DNA of 64,000 nucleotides from Alphaproteobacteria bacterium (GTDB lineage Bacteria; Pseudomonadota; Alphaproteobacteria; CAAHEQ01; UBA3637): NCBI GenBank assembly GCA_017559525.1, contig JAFYRI010000007.1, positions 73,132 to 137,131 of the forward strand, read 5' to 3'. Shown piece by piece: positions 56,505 to 64,000 of this stretch (position 1 is its first letter; each line of letters starts with the position of its first letter). The notes under the pieces were generated by a model. It saw only the letters and a program-made list of their open reading frames with translations, ran no database searches and was not told where the DNA came from. The position numbers and the translations under genes were made by a program.

Positions 56505-58367
56505 TTATCGTGACAAATGGCGTTTTCTCAGGAAATTTAATTTGTTTTCTGTATTTTGTTCATTTCCCACAGTATTACTACAGCGCTTAAAATAATCACG
56601 ATATGTTGTATTTTTTGTTTTTTGTGTATTTTCCATAATATTATCGCGACTTAAAAATTCACCATACGTTGTATTTTCTGTTTTTTGCAAATCAATTTTA
56701 CTTTCTTGTGTAGATTGAGATTGTTGTTTACCAAAATATGAAATTGTCACGTGTTGTTTATCCAAAACATCCAAATATTGTTTGAATTGTTCAGCTCGTT
56801 CTTGTCGTTGGCTTTGGGACGCTTGAGCATAAGGTACTGGCGTAGAACGCATTTCTTTCCATTTTTGAACATTTTGTTCTAGCATCTCAAGATTTGGAAT
56901 AACACCCCCAAACACAGATCCATTATCTCGTTGAATAAGTGAAATTGAACCGCTGCGTCTTAAAATATCCAAAAATTCTTGAGGGCGTACATCGGAATCA
57001 ATCATGCGTGCTCGAATAAAGGTACCAGATAATTGAGGAACAATACCACTGATTCCCGTGCGCCCTTTTGTATCAAAAACAGCATTACGCCCTTCATAAG
57101 ATGATGGTACGCGATCCAATTTATTAAAACTGCCAAAGAACAAAGCCGTATCTTTAGGGGACAGAACGGTTAATCTGTCATCTATACAGTGCTCTTTCGG
57201 TTGATTATCCGTTGTGGTCTCTCCCTCTAATCCATGAACAAAAAATCCATAATGATGATATAAAGCATCTACAGAAAAAACAGCTATATTTTTATCATCA
57301 CACTCTTGTAAAAGTGTTTTGAATTCTTTGGAAACTTGGTTGATTGATTCTATACGATGTTTGCGATATTCAGACGTATTATAAAGACAACGAATGGTGT
57401 CGCAACCGTTAATATTGACTCTCTCCAAATTTTTGATACAATCTAATGAACTATCTGCATATTGTTTTAACATATTAGAATCTACCTTTATTAAAGCAGA
57501 AAAAGATTGTTCAAGCCGTTTTAAAACAGATTGTGTCCGATTATCTTTTATAACATCTTCAACCTTAAATGGTTCATTTTTATTTGACATATTTTGAGAA
57601 ACAGCTCTAGACGTTAACACATACTCAGTCAATAATTGTTCTAAGTTTTTTATCCCTTGAAAAACAATATTTTCTTCATTAGTTAAGGTTCCACTATCCT
57701 TTTTTTGTTGAAAACCAGCTAAAACCTTTTCATATTCAGATTTCAATTTTGAATCTTTTTTCAACATATAAAATCGAGCGTTCATTTCCACCTCATCACG
57801 AGACAGTGAATCATTTTGTGTGTTTATATCGTCAGCTCCTGCATATCCCAAATTAACAAAGCACAAGCTGGCAGAAATACAATCCGGTCGTTCATGTTTC
57901 AAATATTCTCTTAAAACGTTAAATGTTTGAAAGTTATTGTTTTCTCCAGCATTCCAGCCGGAATCTCCAATCCACTGAGCGTTATCATCAGAAACAACTC
58001 GTTTTTTTTCTGTTAAATAACGTTGTTCATAGTTGGAACGTTCCTCTGAAGATTTTAAACACTTCCCCATCACCATGTGCATATCAATAGGAATGTTTTT
58101 TGTACTATTTAATGCACACCCCATAACCAATCCACCATGATCACAATAAAATGGCAGATTGTTTTTAACATCATCTGGAACATCGACTAAAGGAGCACGC
58201 CAAGATGTGCCAGTCCCTCGGACGTTACCTACATCACTTTGAAAAAAGTTAATGGCATCGTATGAGCTGTAAACATCCGAAAAATATGTTTCTGTATCCA
58301 CAAATGCTAATATAGGACGGTATTCGGATACAAATTCTTGATTAGATTTTTTATCAGATGAATTCAT
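56505..58367 (-). CDS. hypothetical 620-aa protein
   Basis: long ORF with AGAGGAG SD; short C-terminal repeats QKTENTTYGEF / QKTKNTTYRDY; no domain assigned. Confidence 0.6.
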   Translation of the reverse strand: MNSSDKKSNQEFVSEYRPILAFVDTETYFSDVYSSYDAINFFQSDVGNVRGTGTSWRAPLVDVPDDVKNNLPFYCDHGGLVMGCALNSTKNIPIDMHMVMGKCLKSSEERSNYEQRYLTEKKRVVSDDNAQWIGDSGWNAGENNNFQTFNVLREYLKHERPDCISASLCFVNLGYAGADDINTQNDSLSRDEVEMNARFYMLKKDSKLKSEYEKVLAGFQQKKDSGTLTNEENIVFQGIKNLEQLLTEYVLTSRAVSQNMSNKNEPFKVEDVIKDNRTQSVLKRLEQSFSALIKVDSNMLKQYADSSLDCIKNLERVNINGCDTIRCLYNTSEYRKHRIESINQVSKEFKTLLQECDDKNIAVFSVDALYHHYGFFVHGLEGETTTDNQPKEHCIDDRLTVLSPKDTALFFGSFNKLDRVPSSYEGRNAVFDTKGRTGISGIVPQLSGTFIRARMIDSDVRPQEFLDILRRSGSISLIQRDNGSVFGGVIPNLEMLEQNVQKWKEMRSTPVPYAQASQSQRQERAEQFKQYLDVLDKQHVTISYFGKQQSQSTQESKIDLQKTENTTYGEFLSRDNIMENTQKTKNTTYRDYFKRCSNTVGNEQNTENKLNFLRKRHLSR

Positions 58368-58626
58368 ATGAATTGCTCCTCTAAAAGGTTCTGTCTCCTT
58401 ATATTATACACCGTTTTGGGAAAAAAGTCAATTTTATTGAATTGTGTCATTAATTATTTTTATTAAAAATATTATAAAATCTGCTAATCTTTTGTTAGTG
58501 CATATGATTGGTGTAAAGATAGTATTATTTTGAAAAAATAGATGTTAGAACGTTATAAAATTGAAAATATCTCATGTAAAAGCATTTAATTAACATATTG
58601 ATAACAAAATGTTTTATTTTGTATTG

Positions 58627-58655
58627 TTGTCAAAATTCTGTTTGTGTGATATAAT
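58627..58655 (+). promoter_or_regulatory. sigma70-type promoter with extended -10
   Basis: TTGTCA, 17 nt (ending tgtga), TATAAT. Confidence 0.55.
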
Positions 58656-58684
58656 AATAAGAGAAATTATTGTAGGAGTGAGAT

Positions 58685-60706
58685 ATGAGTAATACAATGG
58701 ATGATATTCTTGTTAAGTACAATCCCCAAGGTAAGAAGATTGGAGGAAGTCGATGGAATTTGACAGATTTCAACGAGCTAACAGCACGACTATTGGAAAC
58801 CGTCGAAGATAGAAAAAATGAAATAACATTACCCATGAGTGAGTTTTTAAAGTTGCAATCAAGTGAATTATCAGAAAAAGATCAAAAAATACAAAAAGTA
58901 TTTGGTTATTTATATGAATTAAATTCGAAAGATCCTCCTATTTTTGGCGAATTTTCGAAAGGTAATAAGCCTGTGCTTATTAATTGTGTTGATATGCCTA
59001 CGGGAGGAGAAGATACTTGTGGGACGTTTACTCCAAACACCAATGAAATTCGTTTTAATGATATTCACAATGTAGATGAATTGAAATTGTTCCTTATCTT
59101 AGCTCATGAAATGAAACATGCTGAACAATCTCAGGGGGTATCAAAAAATAATCTGAATTCCTATCAACAGCATCAGTTAGGATTTTTAGATGAGGTACAA
59201 GCGTATGGTTTTGAAGATAGAGTTTATTATTCGTTAGGAAAGTCTCATCCTTTATTAAAAGAAAAAATGAAAAATAAGGTGAACCAGTTTTTTTATTCAC
59301 TTTTAGCAGATGAGTATCAAGCTTGTAAAACAACTGAAGAAGCTGAAAGAATATCAACATTAAAAAAGATGAAAGAATTTTTTTCACCTAAATTAAAATA
59401 TCTTTATGAAACATATAAAGATGATTATGATTTTCATTATCCAATAGGTAATAGCGATGAAGGATTAAAATCTCTTCCGAAAAGCTATGGTTTTTCAGAA
59501 GAAGGGGAAAAAGAGATTATTCAATGTTTAAATTATCTGGTACCTAGGGAGGGGCGAACACCAGAAGCTCAAATGTTGCAAGCAATTAAGAATGATGATT
59601 TTAATAAAGCAGCTTCTTTGATAGATCAAAAAGATAAAACAGGTCAATATGTAATTTCGGATAATCAATATGATCTTTTGATACTAGATTGTTTGAAAAA
59701 AACACCATTATTGGATGTATTGCAAACATCAGAACGTTTGAATAAAAAATCTATATTGAATGGTATGTCCCATATGATAGTTGATTTGGAAGCAAGAAAT
59801 GATGCTGATCAAGGTGAAATGGAAAATATACCTAAAGAAAATATCAATAAATGTTTTAATTTTTTAATTTCAAGAAAGGATGAAAAGGGTATTCCTCTAG
59901 TTTCAAAGGCTGATGTAAAAGAGATATGTGATAAGATGGGATTTTTTAATGCATCTGAAACAAAAAGGTCACCTGAAGCTCAAACATTAATGCATCTTAT
60001 GAAAGATTATGTTAGAGATACAGAGGAGCCAGTGCGCCAGACAAATACGGTTGAGACAACAATGCATTCTCAAACAGATATAGTTGAGGCACCAAGGATT
60101 CCTCAAACAAATACGGCCGGTACATCAACGAATGATATTGAGAAAATGATGCAAGCTTTTTTTGCTAAAAATCGTTCAAAGCGTCCTCAAACAAATACAG
60201 TTGAGGCACCAGAGCCTCCTCAAATAAATATGGCAGATGCATCAACGAATGATATTGAGAATATACTGAGATCCGTTCGTCCAACGAATATAGGTGAGGC
60301 ATCAAAGCGTCCTCAAACAAATACAGTTGAGGCACCAAGGATTCCTCAAACAAATACGGCCGGTACATCAACGAATGATATTGAGAAAATGCTGAGATCC
60401 GTTCGTCCAACGAATATAGGTGATGCATCAAAGCGTCCAACAAATACAGTTGAGGCACCAAAGCGTCCTCAAATAAATATGGCAGATGCATCAACGAATG
60501 ATATTGAGAATATACTGAGATCCGTTCGTCCAACGAATATAGGTGATGCATCAAAGCGTCTAACAAATACAGTTGAGACAGCAACGCATTCTCAAACAGA
60601 TACAGTTGAGGCACCAAGGATTCCTCAAACAAATACGGCCGGTACATCAACAAATGATATTGAGAAAATGATGCAAGCTTTTTTTGCTAAAAATCGTTCA
60701 AAATAG
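58685..60706 (+). CDS. HExxH-motif protein with tandem-repeat C-terminus
   Basis: 673 aa; LILAHEMKHAEQ (nt 59105-59119); C-terminal third built from repeats of ...RPQTNTVEAP...TSTNDIE(K/N)(M/I)LRSVRPTNIG(D/E)ASK. Confidence 0.65.
   Translation: MSNTMDDILVKYNPQGKKIGGSRWNLTDFNELTARLLETVEDRKNEITLPMSEFLKLQSSELSEKDQKIQKVFGYLYELNSKDPPIFGEFSKGNKPVLINCVDMPTGGEDTCGTFTPNTNEIRFNDIHNVDELKLFLILAHEMKHAEQSQGVSKNNLNSYQQHQLGFLDEVQAYGFEDRVYYSLGKSHPLLKEKMKNKVNQFFYSLLADEYQACKTTEEAERISTLKKMKEFFSPKLKYLYETYKDDYDFHYPIGNSDEGLKSLPKSYGFSEEGEKEIIQCLNYLVPREGRTPEAQMLQAIKNDDFNKAASLIDQKDKTGQYVISDNQYDLLILDCLKKTPLLDVLQTSERLNKKSILNGMSHMIVDLEARNDADQGEMENIPKENINKCFNFLISRKDEKGIPLVSKADVKEICDKMGFFNASETKRSPEAQTLMHLMKDYVRDTEEPVRQTNTVETTMHSQTDIVEAPRIPQTNTAGTSTNDIEKMMQAFFAKNRSKRPQTNTVEAPEPPQINMADASTNDIENILRSVRPTNIGEASKRPQTNTVEAPRIPQTNTAGTSTNDIEKMLRSVRPTNIGDASKRPTNTVEAPKRPQINMADASTNDIENILRSVRPTNIGDASKRLTNTVETATHSQTDTVEAPRIPQTNTAGTSTNDIEKMMQAFFAKNRSK
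60041..60702 (+). repeat. nested in-frame direct repeats inside 58685..60706
   Basis: 60041-60180 and 60563-60702 differ at 5 of 140 positions, offset 522 bp; 60217-60296 and 60466-60545 are near-identical, offset 249 bp. Confidence 0.9.
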
Positions 60707-60751
60707 AAAGATTGAATGGTATGTGAGTGGAATAAATTATTCGTGAAAGTG

Positions 60752-61189
60752 TTATTGTCTTTCAGAATAAGTTTTTTTATTCCAAATGTTTTGTAGAGCT
60801 TGGTATGTGGTTGGGGCAATTTTTTCAATTGAAGGTAAATTATCTTTATCAAAAAATAGCATTTTAGAACACTTAGAGGGCTCTAAATTTTGAACTGTAC
60901 CATTGAATTTTTTTACAATAAAGTAAAAATCCATTCGCTTGTTTTCACCGACCAAATTATGAACAATATGTGCAAACTCAACGTCTTCGATATCTACATC
61001 AATTCCAAGCTCTTCTTTAGCTTCACGAACAACTGCTTGTGTTGCCGTTTCATCGGATTCTATGTGTCCTGCAGGAAGTACCCACCAACCATCTTTGAAA
61101 TAACCATCAGTCCTATAAAATAATAAGAATTTGTTGTCTTGTTTTATAATAAAACTAACGCTGGCATTAAATTTGACTCTTTCAGACAT
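60752..61189 (-). CDS. Nudix hydrolase
   Basis: Nudix box GHIESDETATQAVVREAKEELGI; AAGGAG SD. Confidence 0.88.
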   Translation of the reverse strand: MSERVKFNASVSFIIKQDNKFLLFYRTDGYFKDGWWVLPAGHIESDETATQAVVREAKEELGIDVDIEDVEFAHIVHNLVGENKRMDFYFIVKKFNGTVQNLEPSKCSKMLFFDKDNLPSIEKIAPTTYQALQNIWNKKTYSERQ

Positions 61190-61356
61190 ATTATACTCCT
61201 TTTTCTATAAGGCATATATCAAAATATGATAGAAAAGTAAAGTTAATTATCAAGATATTAGTTGAAATAAAATTTAATTTAGGAATAATATTCATTTAAG
61301 AGATTTATACAATAATTTTGAAAATTAGTTAAATGTCTTAAAATCTTTAAAAGTTC

Positions 61357-61682
61357 GATAAATCCAATCGGGCAAATGTCATAAAAACCCCCAAAATCCG
61401 TTCGGAAAAAATATTTATTGTTTTTCGTGTTGTAAAATTATCCAAAATTACACCTTCCGCTAAAGTAAATTAACGGATTGTAATCATTGACTATTATTGT
61501 ATACTCTACCGAATATTTCTTCTATTATGCAATAATGAAAGCAAGGTTGTTGTTTTTGTAGAGGTCGCTGTTCTATTTTGTTTTGTATTCAATACTGGCT
61601 TCTGAATCATTGTTTCCTTAGGCATATCTGTATGAATAGTCTCTTTTTTTATCGTTTCATTTTTTGAGGATAATTTCTGTAA
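61357..61682 (-). repeat. copy 1 of a >=326-bp direct repeat (3' flank + 3' end of the PcfJ/LRR gene)
   Basis: aligns with 63675-64000 at offset 2318 bp and runs to the window edge. Confidence 0.9.
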
Positions 61683-63545
61683 GACTTCTTTAATCTTACC
61701 TGTTTTTCTTTTAGAATTTTTTTCTTTTAATACATTAATTTTATTACGTATAGAATAGAAAAGTTTGGAAAAGACAGTTATATTAGTATTTTTATATTTT
61801 ATTTTTCCTTTGAGTATAGGAATGTTCTTTAACGAGGAAAGGCGATAACAGTTTGAACAATCAAAGTCGCCCCCAACAGATTGAGGAGCTCCCTCTAAAG
61901 AGGTAAGGTTATCACAGTCCGAACAATCAAAGTCGCCCCCAACATATTGAGGAGCTCCCTCTAAAGAGGAAAGGAAATAACAGTTTGAACAATCAAAGTC
62001 GCCCCCAACAGATTGAGGAGCTCCCTTTAAAGAGGAAAGGTTACTACAGTTCGAACAATCAAAGTCGCCCCCAACAGATTGAGGAGCTCCCTCTAAAGAG
62101 GAAAGGAAATAACAGTTTGAACAATCAAAGTCGCCCCCAACAGATTGAGGAGCTCCCTTTAAAGAGGAAAGGTTACTACATCTCGAACAATCAAAGTCGC
62201 CCCCAACAGATTGAGGTGCATTTTTTAAAGATTTTAAATTGGAACATCCGGAACACTTAAAGGATCCTTCAACTTTGATTTTGGAAAAACATGCTGGCAA
62301 TTCTTCAAAATTATATCCTGATACATCCAAGTCACCTTTGATGACTAATCCTTCGGGTAAATTATTAATATCATAATACTGATTATTTAAGTGTATTAAG
62401 GGTGTGTTTGTAGTTATAATTTTTCCCCCAACAGATTGAGGTGCATTTTTTAAAGATTTTAAATTGTAACATCCGGAACAGTTAAAGGATCCTTTAACTT
62501 TGATTTTGGAAAAACATGCTGGCAATTCTTCAAAATTATATCCTGATACATCCAAGTCACCTTTGATGACTAATCCTTCGGGCAGATTGAATAAGTCGTA
62601 GTATTCCCCATCTAGATATAGTAATCCCGTATTTTTTAAATCAGCTTTTATTTTGAATTTTTTTTCTCTGATAAAGGTTTGTACCGCTTGTAAATACTTA
62701 ACAACAGGAGCTTTATTTTCTTTTCCCTTACATTGATGCATTTCTTCGGTGTCATTATTCATACGAACTTCAAAGGTAACATGTGGTTCTCCTTTTTTAT
62801 CCCGCAAGGAATAAATTTTTGTTGTTCCAGCTTTAACGTCCGAGTCATATCCACCACTGCCGACACAGTGCCCCATTTTAGAGGATTCATAATCCAAAGC
62901 CTCAGGCGTTAATAATCTGTATGCTTTTAATCCATCTGGTAAATCCATTAAAAATTCAGTGCCTTCCAATGCTTTTTTTAAGTCAGCTTCTTTTTGAGCT
63001 TCTTGAGCGGCACGTTCTGCTATTTCCTGATGCCATTTATCAGCACCTTCTAAGATTAAATCAAGGGATTTATATTGACTAAGTAAAGCAGACAAATTAA
63101 TAATGTTCTTTTTGTTTTTAGGGCGTTGTTCTGCATCTTGAATCTGCTTGTCAACAGTTTCGATTGCTCTTTGATACAAGAAGTCACGAGCCTTTGTTAA
63201 ATTATCAACAACATCATCTGGAAAATTCTTATCGGTGATGTATTTGTGCACTGAACCACCATTGTTTATGGCATCTTGGGCCCATTTTATATCTTTTATG
63301 TCAGACTCAGTAACTTCTTCAAAGGGCAGAGAGTGAGGGTTTTTCTCATAAATAGATGCCAACCACTCGCGGCATTGCTTTTTTAAGGATTGTAAAATTA
63401 AGGCTTTAGCGATTTCTTCTTTATTTTCTTTTACAAAATTAATATCTCTTAAATTTTCTGGTGTGTATGAGAACGTATCATTGTACAATAGCGATGAAAT
63501 AGCTTTGGTGAGATCTTTTTCATTTATTAAATTTAATTTTGTCAT
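61506..63545 (-). CDS. PcfJ-like domain protein with 22-residue LRR-type repeats
   Basis: ESSKMGHCVGSGGYDSDVKAGTTKIYSLRDKKGEPHVTFEV (PcfJ-like core); C-terminal half has repeats C(S/Y)NLSSL(K/E)GAPQSVGGDFDCSN. Confidence 0.7.
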   Translation of the reverse strand: MTKLNLINEKDLTKAISSLLYNDTFSYTPENLRDINFVKENKEEIAKALILQSLKKQCREWLASIYEKNPHSLPFEEVTESDIKDIKWAQDAINNGGSVHKYITDKNFPDDVVDNLTKARDFLYQRAIETVDKQIQDAEQRPKNKKNIINLSALLSQYKSLDLILEGADKWHQEIAERAAQEAQKEADLKKALEGTEFLMDLPDGLKAYRLLTPEALDYESSKMGHCVGSGGYDSDVKAGTTKIYSLRDKKGEPHVTFEVRMNNDTEEMHQCKGKENKAPVVKYLQAVQTFIREKKFKIKADLKNTGLLYLDGEYYDLFNLPEGLVIKGDLDVSGYNFEELPACFSKIKVKGSFNCSGCYNLKSLKNAPQSVGGKIITTNTPLIHLNNQYYDINNLPEGLVIKGDLDVSGYNFEELPACFSKIKVEGSFKCSGCSNLKSLKNAPQSVGGDFDCSRCSNLSSLKGAPQSVGGDFDCSNCYFLSSLEGAPQSVGGDFDCSNCSNLSSLKGAPQSVGGDFDCSNCYFLSSLEGAPQYVGGDFDCSDCDNLTSLEGAPQSVGGDFDCSNCYRLSSLKNIPILKGKIKYKNTNITVFSKLFYSIRNKINVLKEKNSKRKTGKIKEVLQKLSSKNETIKKETIHTDMPKETMIQKPVLNTKQNRTATSTKTTTLLSLLHNRRNIR
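61855..62250 (-). repeat. six tandem 66-bp units (22-aa LRR-type repeats)
   Basis: unit starts at 61855, 61921, 61987, 62053, 62119, 62185; plus a ~160-bp duplication 62200-62360 / 62425-62585 (offset 225 bp). Confidence 0.92.
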
Positions 63546-63674
63546 AACTCTTACCCCTTTTTAGTGCCTTATTTTATTATTATACCATAAAATTTAAAAA
63601 AAAGTAATTTTCTTATTATTATTTTGAAAAAATCAAAATAAATTAGATAGGGTATTTGTATTTTTTTATTAAGT

Positions 63675-64000
63675 GATAAATCCAATCGGGTAAAAGGTAA
63701 AAATGTCCCAAAAATCCGTTCGAAAAAAATATTTATTGTTTTTCGCGTTGTAAAATTATCCAAAATTACACCTTCCGCTAAAGTAAATTAACGGATTGTA
63801 GTCATTGACTATTATTGTATACTCTACCGAACGTTTCTTCTATTATTCAACGATGAAATCAAAGTTGTTGTTTTTGTGGAAGTATCTGTTCTATTTTGGT
63901 TAGTATTTAATAATGGCTTTTGAATTATAGTTTCCTTAGGTATATCTGTATGAATAGTCTCTTTTTTTATCGTTTCATTTTTTAAGGGTAGAGGTGCTTT
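63675..64000 (-). repeat. copy 2 of the >=326-bp direct repeat
   Basis: see 61357-61682. Confidence 0.9.
63824..64000 (-). CDS. 3' end of a second PcfJ/LRR-family paralogue (partial, continues beyond the window)
   Basis: reverse translation ends ...NTNQNRTDTSTKTTTLISSLNNRRNVR*, parallel to ...NTKQNRTATSTKTTTLLSLLHNRRNIR* of 61506..63545. Confidence 0.7.
   Translation of the reverse strand, partial: KAPLPLKNETIKKETIHTDIPKETIIQKPLLNTNQNRTDTSTKTTTLISSLNNRRNVR

Noticed and set aside
56505-58367. Subtilisin-like protease call based on GTSWRAP and DHGG
   Set aside because: The motif order (Asp, Ser-like, His-like) does not match the D-H-S order of S8 peptidases. The resemblance is probably coincidental.
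60165-60653. 162-aa minus-strand ORF; likewise the 91-aa plus-strand ORF at 61985..62260
   Set aside because: These antisense reading frames are kept open only by the tandem repeats of the genuine genes on the opposite strand. They have periodic low-complexity translations and no SD.
61855-62250. Regular 66-bp direct repeats that could superficially look like a CRISPR array
   Set aside because: The units are contiguous with no unique spacers. They lie inside a long ORF and translate into a coherent 22-aa LRR-type repeat, and no cas genes are present.
63569-63763. 64-aa minus-strand ORF overlapping the repeated 3' flank
   Set aside because: The homologous stretch in copy 1 (about 61357-61450) stops early, and the differences between copies are mostly non-synonymous in this frame. 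It is best treated as non-coding.

Overview
This is a 64-kb, AT-rich chromosomal segment that reads like a host-associated alphaproteobacterium. The housekeeping content includes TolC followed by a PopZ/DUF2497-type gene, dksA-maf-rng-yacG, rplM-rpsI, rpsF-rpsR-rplI, RecG, RarA, an RluC-type synthase, AsmA, MscL and five tRNAs. These blocks are interrupted by five kinds of accessory material. (i) A paralogous family of proteins with a type-IV-prepilin N-terminus, a pilin-like module, a variable Cys-rich spacer and a C-type-lectin/DUF1566-like C-terminus. Copies lie at 16.0-17.2 kb, 18.5-19.5 kb and 34.4-35.6 kb, with a 42-codon stub at 5.8 kb and a signal-peptide-only lectin-like gene at 20.2 kb. 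(ii) A 1.08-kb two-gene cassette bracketed by a duplicated piece of the rarA 5' coding sequence. (iii) Two ankyrin-type genes. (iv) An ~11-kb glycan-synthesis island starting right after tRNA-Pro. It holds four stand-alone GT2 genes, a GT2-pyruvyltransferase fusion, a CE4 deacetylase-radical SAM/SPASM fusion, a GT10 alpha-1,3-fucosyltransferase with a frameshifted start and an orphan phage tail-fibre module. (v) A 14-kb block of large orphan, probably secreted or effector-type proteins. These are a 2106-aa M48-peptidase plus ABC1/UbiB-kinase-like giant, a 620-aa orphan, an HExxH protein with recombinogenic C-terminal repeats, a Nudix hydrolase and tandem PcfJ-like/LRR-repeat paralogues. I recognised no rRNA, CRISPR array, transposase, intact integrase or reverse transcriptase. 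All calls rest on motif reading of the supplied ORF translations and the DNA; no database search was possible.
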